Shown: positions 1 to 12,128, counted from the first letter of the stretch. The stretch is 64,000 nucleotides of DNA from Deltaproteobacteria bacterium (GCA_034670305.1 JAXMNT010000006.1:32001-96000); one strand, 5' to 3'. The notes: generated from the letters alone by a model not told the origin. Made by a program: numbers and translations.

Positions 1-869
<869 letters not shown>

Positions 870-873
<4 letters not shown>

Positions 874-1757
874 CGCGCCCTCGCCATGCGTTTCTGGCGG
901 CGGCGGAACAGCTCCGCGATCGGCTTCACGAGGTCGCCGTCGGTCCGCAGCGTGACGTGGTCCACCTTCAACCGCCGAAACAGCTGCTCGCGTTTCGCAC
1001 GCGTCGTCAGCACCTGCCGCGCGAACGCGCGCCGCACGCGCGGATCGGACGTGTCGACTTCGAGCACTTCCCCGGTCTCGAGATCTTCGACGAGCGCGAG
1101 GCCCACGTCGGGAAGTTCTTCTTCCCGACGATCGATCACCTGCACCGGGATGAGGTCGTGCCGCGTCGACGCGACCCGCAGCGCCTTCTCGTAGCCCTCG
1201 TCGATGAAGTCGCTGATCATGAACGCGACGCTGCGGCGTTTGTTGAGGCTGCCGAGCAGGTCGAGTGCGGCGCCGATGTTCGTGCCTTCGCCCTCCGGGT
1301 TGGCGTTCAAAATTTCGGTCACGACGCGCATCACGTGACCGCGGCCCTTCTTGGGCGGCACGAAGCGTTCGATGCGATCGGTGAAGAGGATCAATCCGAC
1401 GCGGTCGTTGTTCTTGATCGCGCTGAACGCGAGGAGCGCCGCGACTTCGGCCACCGCTTCGATCTTCGGTCGTCCGACGGAACCGAACCGCTCCGAGGCG
1501 CTCAGATCGACCATCAACATGACGGTCATCTCGCGCTCTTCGGTGAACATCTTCACGTACGCTTCGTTCATGCGCGCAGAGACGTTCCAGTCGATGAACC
1601 GAACGTCGTCGCCCGGCTGGTACTGGCGCACTTCGCTGAACGCCATGCCGCGTCCCTTGAAGACGGAGTGGTAGCTGCCCGCGAGCTGGTCGTTGGCCAG
1701 TCGAGACGTGTAGATCTCGATCTTCCGGAGCTTCTTGACGAGTTCGCGCGGGATCAT
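870..1757 (-). CDS. DUF58 domain protein (vWA-like MoxR partner)
   Basis: GSYHSVFKGRGMAFSEVRQYQPGDDVRFIDWNVSAR; VDLSAS; MISDF; directly downstream of MoxR. Confidence 0.93.
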
Positions 1758-1764
1758 CGAACGC

Positions 1765-2784
<1,020 letters not shown>

Positions 2785-3158
2785 GGCTCGCTTGGACGGT
2801 TCGGGGTGACACGGAAAGGCGCGGTGGGAAGCCACACAGGTGGTGGGACGGTCCAGAGACCGCCGAATTCCTGAGCGATGCCGCAACCCTGCATCGGATA
2901 GGGCGGCTTACACGAGGGCAGTGGACGGGGCAACAGACCGTTTTCGGTCGGGACATGGGAAAGCGGCCCAAGGGGCCGGGGCAGAACGCCAGGCTCCCCG
3001 AGATCGTCCTACCGGTGCGGCGTCGTTCACATTCCCGTCAACAACCCATCTCGTGGATGATTTCCGGAACGCGGGAGTTTTCTCGCCCGATTGCCGGCGT
3101 CGCAGGGTTTCCGGTCCATTCAGTGGAACGGCCCGCACGGCTTTCCGAACCCTGCTCG

Positions 3159-4163
3159 TCAGAAGCGGCGTTCGAGGGTCAGCTCCGCGGAGAGCAAGGG
3201 CCCAAGCCGTCCAAGATCTTCGCCAGAGGCGTACACGCGGTGGTGGCGCCGGGTCTGGACCAGCCGGCCTTCGACCCCGACCGCCCAGGGCCCCAGGCGG
3301 TGCTGCAGCCCAGTGCCCAGGTAGAACCCCGGTGCGACCCGGCGGGCGCGGGTGCGGGTGTCTTCGTTGGCCTGATGGGTCTCGAGCGGAGGGAGCAGGG
3401 CGCGGCTCCAAGCCAGCGCGAATCCGCCGCCCGCGAACCAGCGGGTGCGTTGACCGATGCCAGCCCGAAGACCGAGTTCGGCGGACCCGAGCGCCACCGT
3501 GCGGTTGCGACCGCCGCGGGCGCCGACCCGCACCGAGAGGTTCGGACGGAGCGCCAGCCGGAGCGACCCACCCGCGACGAGCGCGAATCGATGGGCGCGA
3601 TCGACGAGGGTCCCGGCGCTCAACTGGAGGGTGATGGGGAACGGGCGCGGGGTCGGGGGCTCACCGGCTTTGGCCGGACCTGCGAGTTGTGGGCGAGGCC
3701 GCTGCCACCGCTCCGGTTCGATGGGCTCGTTCTGCGCACGCTCTGCCGCGCCAGGTGGAGAGGCGGGTTCCGCGCACGCCACCCGCAGGTGCGCGTGGAT
3801 GAGTTCGGCGGCCAGCAGCGAGGCGCGACCAGGAGAGGGCGCGGAGGGCAGTTCGAACGTGCGCACGGTCGCATCGCACCGTCTCAGATGCAGCGCGACG
3901 GTGTCGCCCGCCACCACGAGCACCCGGGCGTTCCACTCGTCCAGGCGCGCCTCGACATCGGCCGGCCCCCCCGGGGTCCCCGCCCAGCCCGGCGAGAGTT
4001 CGAGATCCAACATCGCCAACTCGGCGGAGAGCATCTCCGTCCAGGGCGTCTGTTCGCCGACGACGACGATGGTATGCGTGGACGCAGGGGCGGCTTGCCC
4101 GGCAGCGGCGTGCGCCGTGCCGAGCCAGATCAACACCACCGCGGTCAGTCGACGGGCGCCCAC
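3159..4163 (-). CDS. Secreted hypothetical protein with possible C-terminal outer-membrane beta-barrel
   Basis: C-terminal part of the 795-aa ORF. Signal-like LTAVVLIWLGTAHAAA, alternating beta-strand pattern, terminal Phe (LTLERRF); overlaps the FecR gene end. Start uncertain. Confidence 0.6.
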   Translation of the reverse strand: MGARRLTAVVLIWLGTAHAAAGQAAPASTHTIVVVGEQTPWTEMLSAELAMLDLELSPGWAGTPGGPADVEARLDEWNARVLVVAGDTVALHLRRCDATVRTFELPSAPSPGRASLLAAELIHAHLRVACAEPASPPGAAERAQNEPIEPERWQRPRPQLAGPAKAGEPPTPRPFPITLQLSAGTLVDRAHRFALVAGGSLRLALRPNLSVRVGARGGRNRTVALGSAELGLRAGIGQRTRWFAGGGFALAWSRALLPPLETHQANEDTRTRARRVAPGFYLGTGLQHRLGPWAVGVEGRLVQTRRHHRVYASGEDLGRLGPLLSAELTLERRF

Positions 4164-5431
4164 CTGGCTTCCGGACGGCTGGGCACGGTGGCGATCGGTT
4201 CCTCGGGCGAGGTCGCTGGACCCGGGAACGGCGCCGGTGCCGCACGTTCGAGCAGCGCTCGGGCCGCGTCGCTGTGGGCGCCTCGAGGATGCGCATTCAA
4301 GTAGGCGCGCGCGGCACGCCCGGCGGCGATCTCGTTCCCGGCCCGGTCGTAGGCTTCCATGCGGCGTCCCGCGGCGACCGCCGCGTAGGGGCCGGAAGGA
4401 TCTTCGGCGAGCGCGCGCTCGAACCACGCGGCCGCGTCGGCCGGCTGGGAGGCAAGGGCGAGGCGGCCCAGCCGAAACGCAGCCTGCGCAGCTTCGGGGG
4501 TGGCTTCGAATCGGGTTCGAATCGCGGTCAGGGCGACTTGGGCCCGCCGCGGCTGGCGTCCGAGCCGCGCGGTGTCCGCCAGCAAGAGCAGGTCGCCCGC
4601 GGTGCCGGTGGCCAGCTCTCGATCCCAGTTCACTGCCGCGAGCGCTTCGGCGTAGCGGGCTTCGCGCGCCAGATCGCGCCAGTCGATCCGCAGACGGTTG
4701 TTCGGTGTCCGCACGCGCGGCTGCTGCACCGTGCCCTCGATGTCGATCGGATCGAGCTCCCATCCGAGGTGCTCTTCTTCGCTCGGGCCCTGCACGACTT
4801 CCATGCGCCGCTCGGGCAGCTCGACCGTCACGGTCTCGCCGGCTTCCACGGTGCGCCGGGCGATGGTCGGTCCCTCGATCACGACGCGGCCTTCGACGAG
4901 GTGAAGCGCGAAGCGTTCCCCCCGCGGATCCCATGCGACGTCGAACTGCGTGCCGACGACGTGTACGTCGAAGGGTCCAGCGTGCACCCGCCACCTCGTG
5001 CGGGCGTCGTGGTGGACCACCGAGACCCGGGCCGAACCGCGCTGCAGATCGAGCTCCGCGCCTTGGGCCGAGAGCGCCGCGACCCGAACGCCGCTCTGCG
5101 CGGCGACTTCGACCTCCGAGCCATCGCTGAACCCAAGCGTCCGGGCTTCGCCGTCGGCGCCGACCCACGTACCCGCGACGACCGGGGCACCATCCACGCT
5201 CGCGGTGAGGGCATCCGGCGATGGGCCGACGAAGAGCACCCACGCGGCGACCACGGCCGTCGGGAGCGCCAGCCACAACATGGACCAACGCCGCTGGGGC
5301 TTGTGCGCCTTCAGCAGACGGGAGCGCACGTCGTGAAGATCGTTGCGGGCGTCGAGCACCCCGTCTTGCAACGAGGCCACCTCGGCGCCGAGGCGTTCGA
5401 ACGCCTCGGTGTTCGGGTCGAGATCGGTCAC
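4145..5431 (-). CDS. FecR-domain anti-sigma factor with C-terminal TPR repeats
   Basis: Single TM helix, then LGFSDGSEVEV...LDLQRGSARVSV...VHVVGTQFDVAWD (FecR motif) and a TPR-like tail; GTG start overlaps the sigma stop. Confidence 0.85.
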   Translation of the reverse strand: MTDLDPNTEAFERLGAEVASLQDGVLDARNDLHDVRSRLLKAHKPQRRWSMLWLALPTAVVAAWVLFVGPSPDALTASVDGAPVVAGTWVGADGEARTLGFSDGSEVEVAAQSGVRVAALSAQGAELDLQRGSARVSVVHHDARTRWRVHAGPFDVHVVGTQFDVAWDPRGERFALHLVEGRVVIEGPTIARRTVEAGETVTVELPERRMEVVQGPSEEEHLGWELDPIDIEGTVQQPRVRTPNNRLRIDWRDLAREARYAEALAAVNWDRELATGTAGDLLLLADTARLGRQPRRAQVALTAIRTRFEATPEAAQAAFRLGRLALASQPADAAAWFERALAEDPSGPYAAVAAGRRMEAYDRAGNEIAAGRAARAYLNAHPRGAHSDAARALLERAAPAPFPGPATSPEEPIATVPSRPEARWAPVD

Positions 5432-6087
5432 GACGCGTCCTCGGTCCACCGGCTGCGGTCGAGCCAGTCGCGCAACACCGGCTGTGCGCGCGCGAGCACC
5501 ACGAAGCGGTTCTCCGCTTTGGCCAAGTGCCGTTTGATCGTGGCAAGCGACACGTCGCACGCGTCGGCGACCTCGAGCAGCTGCATGCCTTCGAAGTAGC
5601 GCAGCGTGAACGCGAGGCGTTCCTTCTCGGGCATCGCGTCGAGCACCAGCGAGACCGCCTGAAGCGCGGCGCGGCCGGAGACGTCCTGGGTCGCGACCTG
5701 GGTCTCGGGCAGGGTCTCGGGCGCGCCGAAACGCAGCCAGCGTTTGCGGCGGCGTTTGCGGATCACGCCGCGCGCGGTGAAGACCGCCACCCGCACGAGC
5801 CAGCCCTTGAGCTTCTTCGGATCGTCGAGCGATTCCACCGACGCGAACACCTGCGCGAAGGTTTCGTGCAGCACATCGGCCAGTTCGTCGTCCGCGCCGA
5901 GCACCCGCGCCAGCACGCGCCGGAGATAGGGCGCATGGCGGTCGTAGAGCGCGGCTGGTGCTCCGGGTTCACCGCGCCGCAGCGCCTCGACCAGCGCTTC
6001 GTCGTCGCCCGCGAACCCGCCGCGTCCAACGGGACGGACGTCGCCGCCCGATGCTCCGCCTCGCTTCATCGATCGCACGGCTCCCAT
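5428..6087 (-). CDS. ECF-type RNA polymerase sigma-70 factor
   Basis: ALYDRHAPYLRRVLARVLG, DVLHETF, LKGWLVRVAV (region 2); LRYFEGMQLLEVADACDVSLATIKRHL (region 4). Confidence 0.92.
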   Translation of the reverse strand: MGAVRSMKRGGASGGDVRPVGRGGFAGDDEALVEALRRGEPGAPAALYDRHAPYLRRVLARVLGADDELADVLHETFAQVFASVESLDDPKKLKGWLVRVAVFTARGVIRKRRRKRWLRFGAPETLPETQVATQDVSGRAALQAVSLVLDAMPEKERLAFTLRYFEGMQLLEVADACDVSLATIKRHLAKAENRFVVLARAQPVLRDWLDRSRWTEDAS

Positions 6088-6170
6088 AGGTTCCGGGAGT
6101 AGAGTGTCATGGGACGCCGCGGGCGGCTCACCTTCGAGCACATGCTTGTGGGAGCTGCATCTACATGTAG

Positions 6171-8264
6171 TCAGAGGCCGGGCACTGGCGCCGGTTCGTT
6201 GCGCATCGCCTCCGGGACGTCGCCGAGCTGGCCGTCGGCCCCTGATCCCCAGCACCAGACGTCGCCGTCGCTGCGAATCGCACAGGAGAACGAGCGCCCG
6301 ACGTCCACCGCGATCGCGTCGTCGATGCCCAGCACCTCGACCGGGCTGCTGCTCGAATCGAAGCTTCCATCGCCCAGCTGTCCCACGTCGTTCGAGCCCC
6401 AGCAGGAGACCGCGCCGCCACTGAGCGCGCAGGCGTGACTGAATCCGATGGCGATGTCCTCGACGTCTTCCAGCGTGCCGACTCGCGCAGGGGTGCGCGC
6501 GGGCGAGGTGGTGTTCCCGCGACCGAGCTGTCCGTCCGCATTGTTTCCCCAGCAGTACGCGCGGCCGTCCATGCGGATGCCGCAGCTCGTGGAGTGCCCG
6601 AGCGAGAGCTCGACGAACCGGTGCCCACCCGCGACGTCGCGGTAGCTGGTGCTGCGGGTTCCGGTGAAGCCCGGGTCACCGAGTTCGCCGAGCCGGTTGC
6701 TGCCGAGACAGTGTGCAGCGCCGGTCAGGTCGAGCGTGCACGTGTGATCGTTGCCCGCGAAGACTTGGTCCACCGGACCGAAGGCGCTCGGCATCGAGTA
6801 CGGGTCGGGGCTCGAGTCGTCCGTGCCAAAGTTCGCGCCTTCGCCCCAGCACAACCCTGCTTGCGGAGACAAACCGCTGACCTTGCGGATGCAGGCATGC
6901 CCCCCTCCGACGGTCAACCGCTCGACGGGATCGGTGGTGTCGTCGACGGTGGGTGGGATGCCGCGGACGGCGGTCGGACGAACTTCGATCGCGTAGTTCA
7001 TGTTGTTCCCCATCTGCCCGCCGCGGTTGCAGCCCCAACACTGAACGAGCCGTCCATCAAAGGCGCACGCGAATGGGCACTCGGGGTGAAACGTGGTGAC
7101 CGGCAGGCCGAGCGAACCTTCGACGTCCAGCGCCCGCACTCCGGTCGCCACTGGGGTCCGGCGGTCGATCGTGGTCCCATCGCCGAGTTGACCGAAGTCG
7201 TTGCGGCCCCAGCAGACCACCGGACCGGGTTCGTCGACCGTGCCTCGCCGCGCGCAGCCGAAGCCGTGGCCGAGGCCGATGTCGACCACTCCGTCGCACA
7301 TGCCCGCCGTGCAGACCCCTGCCACCCCGCAGAGACTTCCGCAGGCGCCGCAGTGGTTCACGTCCGCCCGCGTGTCGACCTCGCATCCGTCGCTGCGTTC
7401 GCCGTTGCAGTTGGCGAACCCGTCCGCGCACGCGGGGATGGTGCAGTCGCCCGCGTCGCACGCGAAGAACGTGTTGGGCGGTGACCCGAAGCGCGCCGTG
7501 CAGGTCAGCGCGGTGGTCTCCGGGTCGTCGGTGATGCCGTTGCAGTCGTTGTCGAGCCCGTCGCACTGCTCGAGGGCGCTCGGGTTGATCGCAGCAACCT
7601 CGTCGTCGCAGTCCCGGTCGTTGTCGGAGATCCCATCCATGCGGAAACACGCGAGCATGACGGGGCTGTCCGCCGCGCCGAATCCGTCCCCGTCCTCGTC
7701 CACGAAGAACTGCCGGAGCACGCCCTCGTCCACGCCGCCGTCGCAGTCGTCGTCGATGTCGTTGCACAGCTCGGCCGCGTCGGGGCGCACGGCCGGATCG
7801 CTGTCGTCGCAGTCCGGTCCGCAGTCGGCGCCGTTGCAGCACATCGCGTCCTCGAACCCGTCGCCGTCTGCGTCGCGGCCGCCGAGCGTGGTCGGGTCGC
7901 AGTCTTGATCGACCAGGTCGCAGACCTCGGTGTTGCCGGGGAAGCGGTCCGCGTCGGCGTCGTCGCAGTCGGCGCCGCCGCAGAGCGCGGACTCCACGCC
8001 GTCTTCGTCCGCGTCGGGGAAGTCGCAGCCCGGCGACTCGCAGCGGTCCATGGACTCGTTGCAGAGCAACACGCCGGTGCATGGCGGTGCGCCAGGGCTG
8101 CAGGCGCCGGCGATGCACGCTTCGGTGCCGTTGCAGAACAGGCCGTCGTCGCAGCTGGTGGGATCACAGCCGCCGCCGTCGAACGTCGTCCCGTCGTCGT
8201 CGCCGCCACACGCGAGCCCGCACGAGACGGCCACAACAAAAAACCCCACCCACCGCCAGTGCAT
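6171..8264 (-). CDS. Cys/Asp-rich surface lipoprotein with putative metal-binding (MopE-like) repeats and an RCC1-repeat beta-propeller
   Basis: Lipobox-like GLAC; repeats DCDD...PG..E.CD..D.DCD; RCC1 repeats CWGRNDFGQLGDG, CWGNNADGQLG, CWGSNDVGQLGDG. Confidence 0.85.
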   Translation of the reverse strand: MHWRWVGFFVVAVSCGLACGGDDDGTTFDGGGCDPTSCDDGLFCNGTEACIAGACSPGAPPCTGVLLCNESMDRCESPGCDFPDADEDGVESALCGGADCDDADADRFPGNTEVCDLVDQDCDPTTLGGRDADGDGFEDAMCCNGADCGPDCDDSDPAVRPDAAELCNDIDDDCDGGVDEGVLRQFFVDEDGDGFGAADSPVMLACFRMDGISDNDRDCDDEVAAINPSALEQCDGLDNDCNGITDDPETTALTCTARFGSPPNTFFACDAGDCTIPACADGFANCNGERSDGCEVDTRADVNHCGACGSLCGVAGVCTAGMCDGVVDIGLGHGFGCARRGTVDEPGPVVCWGRNDFGQLGDGTTIDRRTPVATGVRALDVEGSLGLPVTTFHPECPFACAFDGRLVQCWGCNRGGQMGNNMNYAIEVRPTAVRGIPPTVDDTTDPVERLTVGGGHACIRKVSGLSPQAGLCWGEGANFGTDDSSPDPYSMPSAFGPVDQVFAGNDHTCTLDLTGAAHCLGSNRLGELGDPGFTGTRSTSYRDVAGGHRFVELSLGHSTSCGIRMDGRAYCWGNNADGQLGRGNTTSPARTPARVGTLEDVEDIAIGFSHACALSGGAVSCWGSNDVGQLGDGSFDSSSSPVEVLGIDDAIAVDVGRSFSCAIRSDGDVWCWGSGADGQLGDVPEAMRNEPAPVPGL

Positions 8265-8400
8265 GTCGGGGAGGGTACGAAGAAGTGCTGGGGAAGCGAA
8301 GCGGAAGCCGAAGGGGCCGAGGGCCGACGACGAGGCCAGCGATGGCCGATGCCGGTGGCGATGCCGATGGCCGATGGCCGATGGCGATGGACGCCGAGGC

Positions 8401-8430
8401 TTGACAGCGCTCTCGGCCGCCCCGTACGGA
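8401..8430 (+). promoter_or_regulatory. Candidate sigma70 promoter of hemL
   Basis: Perfect TTGACA at 8401, 18-nt spacer, weak -10 TACGGA. Confidence 0.35.
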
Positions 8431-8436
8431 GACGGT

Positions 8437-9744
8437 ATGGACGAAGTCTCTGCCAAGTTGTTCGAACGCGCATGCAAACACATTCCTGGCGGGGTGAACT
8501 CGCCCGTGCGGGCGTTCAGCTCGGTGGGCGGAAAGCCCATCTTCATCCGGTCCGCCCGCGGCGCGATGATGGTGGGTGCGGACGGACGCGGGTACGTGGA
8601 CTACGTCGGGTCGTGGGGACCGATGGTGGTGGGCCACGCGCACCCGCAGGTGGTCGCGGCGATCACCGAAGCGGCCGCCCGAGGCACGAGCTACGGCGCG
8701 CCGACCGAAGGCGAGATCACGCTCGCCGAAGAGATCCAGGACGCGTACCCCCACATGGAGATGAGCCGACTGGTCTCGTCCGGGACCGAAGCCACGATGG
8801 GTGCGCTGCGCCTGGCCCGAGGCGCGACCGGGCGCGACCTCATCGTGAAATGCGAGGGCGGCTACCACGGCGGCGCGGACTACTTGTTGGTCAAAGCGGG
8901 CAGCGGCGCGGCGACCCTGGGCACACCGAGCAGCGCGGGCGTGCCCGCCGCGATCGCAGGCACCACCGCAGTCACGCCGTTCAACGATCTCGACGCGGCC
9001 AAGAAGCTCTTCGCGGAGCGCGGTTCCGAGATCGCCGCGTTCATCGTCGAGCCGGTCGCCGGCAACATGGGTTGTGTGCCGCCCGCCAAGGGGTGGCTCG
9101 AGGGTCTGCGCGCGCTCTGCACCGAGCATGGCGCACTCTTGATCTTCGACGAGGTCATGACCGGATTCCGGGTCGCGTACGGCGGCGCCCAAGAACGCTA
9201 TGGGGTCACGCCCGACCTGACCTGCCTCGGCAAGATCGTCGGCGGCGGACTCCCGGTCGGCGCGTACGGCGGCCCCAAGAAGATCATGAGCCACGTGGCG
9301 CCGCTCGGTCCGGTCTACCAGGCCGGGACGTTGAGCGGGAACCCGCTGGCGGTCGCGGCCGGCCGCGCGACGCTGGCGCTGCTGCGCACCGACGAGGCGT
9401 ACGAGAAACTCGAGGCGATCGGCGCGCGCGTCGAAGAAGAGATCCTGAACGCCGCGGGCGCCGCGAAGGTCACCTGCACGGTCCAGCGGGTGGGCGCAAT
9501 GGTCACGTGTTTCTTCCGAGAGGGTGCAGTCACCCGCTGGGAGGACGCGGACGGCTGCAACCGCGAAGCGTTCGGTGCTTGGCATGGGGCCCTGTTGGAG
9601 AACGGTGTCTACTGGCCACCCAGCCAGTTCGAAGCCGCGTTCCCCTCGTTGGCGCACGACGAAGAGAGCCTGCTCATGACCCGCAAAGCGATGAAGGCGG
9701 CCTTCCAGGTGGTGGCCGCCGGCGGGTGGACGAGCGGAGGCTGA
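8437..9744 (+). CDS. hemL: Glutamate-1-semialdehyde 2,1-aminomutase
   Basis: IPGGVNSPVRAF, YVDYVGSWGP, SSGTEATM, FDEVMTGFR, LGKIVGGGLPVGAYGG, YQAGTLSGNP, PPSQFEA. Confidence 0.97.
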   Translation: MDEVSAKLFERACKHIPGGVNSPVRAFSSVGGKPIFIRSARGAMMVGADGRGYVDYVGSWGPMVVGHAHPQVVAAITEAAARGTSYGAPTEGEITLAEEIQDAYPHMEMSRLVSSGTEATMGALRLARGATGRDLIVKCEGGYHGGADYLLVKAGSGAATLGTPSSAGVPAAIAGTTAVTPFNDLDAAKKLFAERGSEIAAFIVEPVAGNMGCVPPAKGWLEGLRALCTEHGALLIFDEVMTGFRVAYGGAQERYGVTPDLTCLGKIVGGGLPVGAYGGPKKIMSHVAPLGPVYQAGTLSGNPLAVAAGRATLALLRTDEAYEKLEAIGARVEEEILNAAGAAKVTCTVQRVGAMVTCFFREGAVTRWEDADGCNREAFGAWHGALLENGVYWPPSQFEAAFPSLAHDEESLLMTRKAMKAAFQVVAAGGWTSGG

Positions 9745-9800
9745 ATCACGGCTCTGAGCGAATGGTCTGAACGAATGGTCAGGCCCAGGCCCATTCGGGT

Positions 9801-9920
9801 GCTTGCCCGTTCCTTGCCCGTGCCCTTGCCCTTCGTTCCCGATCCGCCGCCGAAGCCGATCCCGAAGCCGATCCCGAAGCCGATCCCGAAGCCGACGCCG
9901 AAGCCGACGCGCCGAAGCCG
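9801..9920. repeat. Composite simple repeat: (TTGCCC/GTGCCC)n followed by (GCCGAA/GCCGAT/GCCGAC)n
   Basis: Hexamer arrays read directly between hemL and rpsT. Confidence 0.85.
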
Positions 9921-9954
9921 CCGCCGCCCCCGCTCGTTCAAACGCCTTCCGCGC

Positions 9955-9983
9955 TTGACTGCGCTCCGGACCAATACTAAACC
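9955..9983 (+). promoter_or_regulatory. Candidate sigma70 promoter of rpsT
   Basis: TTGACT - 17 nt - TAAACC upstream of the GAGG RBS and ATG 10035. Confidence 0.4.
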
Positions 9984-10034
9984 GCCGCTCCCTACGGGAT
10001 TTTTCCCGACGTTCGAGGATATTCGAGGAATCTC

Positions 10035-10298
10035 ATGGCCAACCATGCCAGCGCCAAGAAGCGCATCCGCCAGACCAAGAAGCGCACCGCGCGCAACAAG
10101 CACGTCCGCAGCACCGTTCGGGGCTTCGTGAAGGCCGTGCGCGAAGCCATCAGCGAGGGCGACGCCGCCGCCGCCAAGGCCGCACTTCCGGCCGCGCTTC
10201 GCCGCATCGACATGGCCGTCAGCAAGGGCGTCTTCCATCGCAAGACCGGCAGCCGCTACATCTCGCGCCTGGCCAGCCAGGTCGCCGCGCTCAAGTAG
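10035..10298 (+). CDS. rpsT: 30S ribosomal protein S20
   Basis: MANHASAKKRIRQTKKRTARNKHVRSTVR...KGVFHRKTGSRYISRL. Confidence 0.98.
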   Translation: MANHASAKKRIRQTKKRTARNKHVRSTVRGFVKAVREAISEGDAAAAKAALPAALRRIDMAVSKGVFHRKTGSRYISRLASQVAALK

Positions 10299-10472
10299 TC
10301 CGCGACCCCAGTCGACTTCCTCTTCGCCCGGTCTGCCCCGCAGTCCGGGCGTCGACGCGTCCGGTGTAGGCATACCCTACGTGTACCCACGTGGGCACCA
10401 AGTGCACCCGTCGGTTGAATGAAGACCTGGATCGCGGCCTCGCCGTCGCGAAACACACGGCGTCCACGACGC

Positions 10473-10505
10473 GGGCAAGGGCACGGGCAAGGGCAACGGC
10501 AAGGG
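10473..10505 (+). repeat. GGGCAAGGGCACGGGCAAGGG hexamer repeat (G-quadruplex consensus)
   Basis: Four GGG tracts with 3-nt loops between the convergent rpsT and holA genes. Confidence 0.8.
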
Positions 10506-10529
10506 AGCAGGTCGCTTTTCAGCGACCTG

Positions 10530-11516
10530 CTAGCGGCAGAGGCGCAGGACGGTGTCGAGCAGGATGACGTCGTCCGGCGCTTTGCTGCCTTTGAGCAGCA
10601 TGTCCGCTTCGGCGATCGTGGTGAACGCGCTCGTCAGCTTGGGCAGCGAGAACTGTTTGGCGGCGAGGCGGAGCTCCCGCGCCTTGAACGGTGGCGCACC
10701 GGCGGCGCGCGCGGCGTCGGCGTCGGAGGCCCCTTTGGCGAGCGCCTCGCGCATCTTGGCGACCATTCTCAACTGGCGGGCGAGCATGAAGACGATCCGG
10801 AGCGCGGGCTCTCGGTTGGCCAGCAGCGCGTTCGCGGCCTTCGTGGCGCGCCCCGCGTCCCGCCCGCTGACCGCGTCGACGAGTGCCCAGATCGAGTCGC
10901 TCGGGACCCGCGTGATGCAAGTGTCCACTGCAGTCTGATCGATGCGCCCTTCGGGTCCCACGTAGAGTGAAAGCCGCTCGAGCGCGTCGTCGATCGCCGC
11001 CAGATCTTCGCCGACCGCGTCGACGATGGAGCGCGCGGCACTCGGTGCGATCGCGTGACCGCGCGACTTGGACTCGGTGACGGCGAGCTTCTCGAGTTGG
11101 TGGCCCTTGAGACGTTTGGCATCGAAGCGGTGGGCCTTGGCGGCGCGCCCAAACTTTGTATTGCCCGGGATCTTGTCGGCGGTGACCACGAAGCACGTAC
11201 TCGGGTTCGGATCCTTGAAGTACCCGACCAGCGGCGCGTGCGCGTCCGCGTTCATCGCTTCGGCGTGGCGCACCAGGATGAAGCGCTTGTCGGCCATCAT
11301 CGGCAGCGTGGTGGCCGCCGAGACGATCTTGTTTCCGTCGAGTCCCTTCGCCCCGTGGAAGACGTCCTCGTTGAAGCCGGCGATGCCCTCACCGACCGTC
11401 GCCGCCCGCAGCATCTTCACCGCGCGGTCGATCAGGAACGTCTCGTCGCCGACGAAGACGTACACCGGACGCACGGTCCCCTTGCGCACCTCATCGATCG
11501 CTTCGAGCACGTCCAT
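10530..11516 (-). CDS. holA: DNA polymerase III delta subunit
   Basis: RPVYVFVGDETFLID, TLPMMADKRFILVR, ALERLSLY, IWALVDAV, ADMLLKGS; lies next to rpsT as is typical. Confidence 0.92.
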   Translation of the reverse strand: MDVLEAIDEVRKGTVRPVYVFVGDETFLIDRAVKMLRAATVGEGIAGFNEDVFHGAKGLDGNKIVSAATTLPMMADKRFILVRHAEAMNADAHAPLVGYFKDPNPSTCFVVTADKIPGNTKFGRAAKAHRFDAKRLKGHQLEKLAVTESKSRGHAIAPSAARSIVDAVGEDLAAIDDALERLSLYVGPEGRIDQTAVDTCITRVPSDSIWALVDAVSGRDAGRATKAANALLANREPALRIVFMLARQLRMVAKMREALAKGASDADAARAAGAPPFKARELRLAAKQFSLPKLTSAFTTIAEADMLLKGSKAPDDVILLDTVLRLCR

Positions 11517-11549
11517 GTTGCGAAGTACGGGCGCCGAGGCGCCCCGTGA

Positions 11550-12128
11550 TCAATCGAAGGAGACGACGCCCGAGTTCTGGATGACTTCGCCGCGGGTCTC
11601 GAAGCGAGCGCGTCCGACCTCGTTGCGGCGCACGACGACGACGAGCTCCATGCGGTGGTTCGGCTCGAAGCGCGGGCGCTCGAGGTTGATGCGTCGAACG
11701 AAGGTCTTCTCGTCGCGGTTGTTGATGAAGGTGCTCAGTGGCGGCTCGATGAATCGGCGCGCGCCGTCTTCCAGATCGTAGAAGAGCACCTGGTACTCGA
11801 GGTCGCCCGGGGAGCGGTTGAACGCCGTGACCATCTCGGCCCGCCAGGTGCGCTCCGCGATGGGACCGGAGGTCTCCTGAAGTCGGCGGGCGTTGTGGCT
11901 CCGAGCAAATCGGATGAGGCCACGCTCGGTGACGTTCCGCGGGATGCGGGCCTGGGTGAGGTAGATCTGCGCGCGCAGCCGCTGCGCTTCGGCCGGTCCT
12001 TCGAGGATGACGCCTGCGCCTATGAGGAGCGCGAGGGCCGTTCCCACGATGGTCCCTGTGCCGTGCCGTTTCTTCTGCGATCCCTGCCTCAACGTCATTC
12101 GTCCGCCTCGTCCATTCTGAACGCCCAC
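11550..12128 (-). CDS. Conserved hypothetical exported protein
   Basis: 192-aa ORF with an N-terminal hydrophobic signal ending PAEAQ; start uncertain. Confidence 0.7.
   Translation of the reverse strand: MGVQNGRGGRMTLRQGSQKKRHGTGTIVGTALALLIGAGVILEGPAEAQRLRAQIYLTQARIPRNVTERGLIRFARSHNARRLQETSGPIAERTWRAEMVTAFNRSPGDLEYQVLFYDLEDGARRFIEPPLSTFINNRDEKTFVRRINLERPRFEPNHRMELVVVVRRNEVGRARFETRGEVIQNSGVVSFD

Noticed and set aside
9754-9782. LexA-like site CTGAACGAATGGTCAG after hemL
   Set aside because: Part of a 13-bp tandem repeat immediately after the hemL stop, ~170 bp from the rpsT promoter, with no plausible SOS target.
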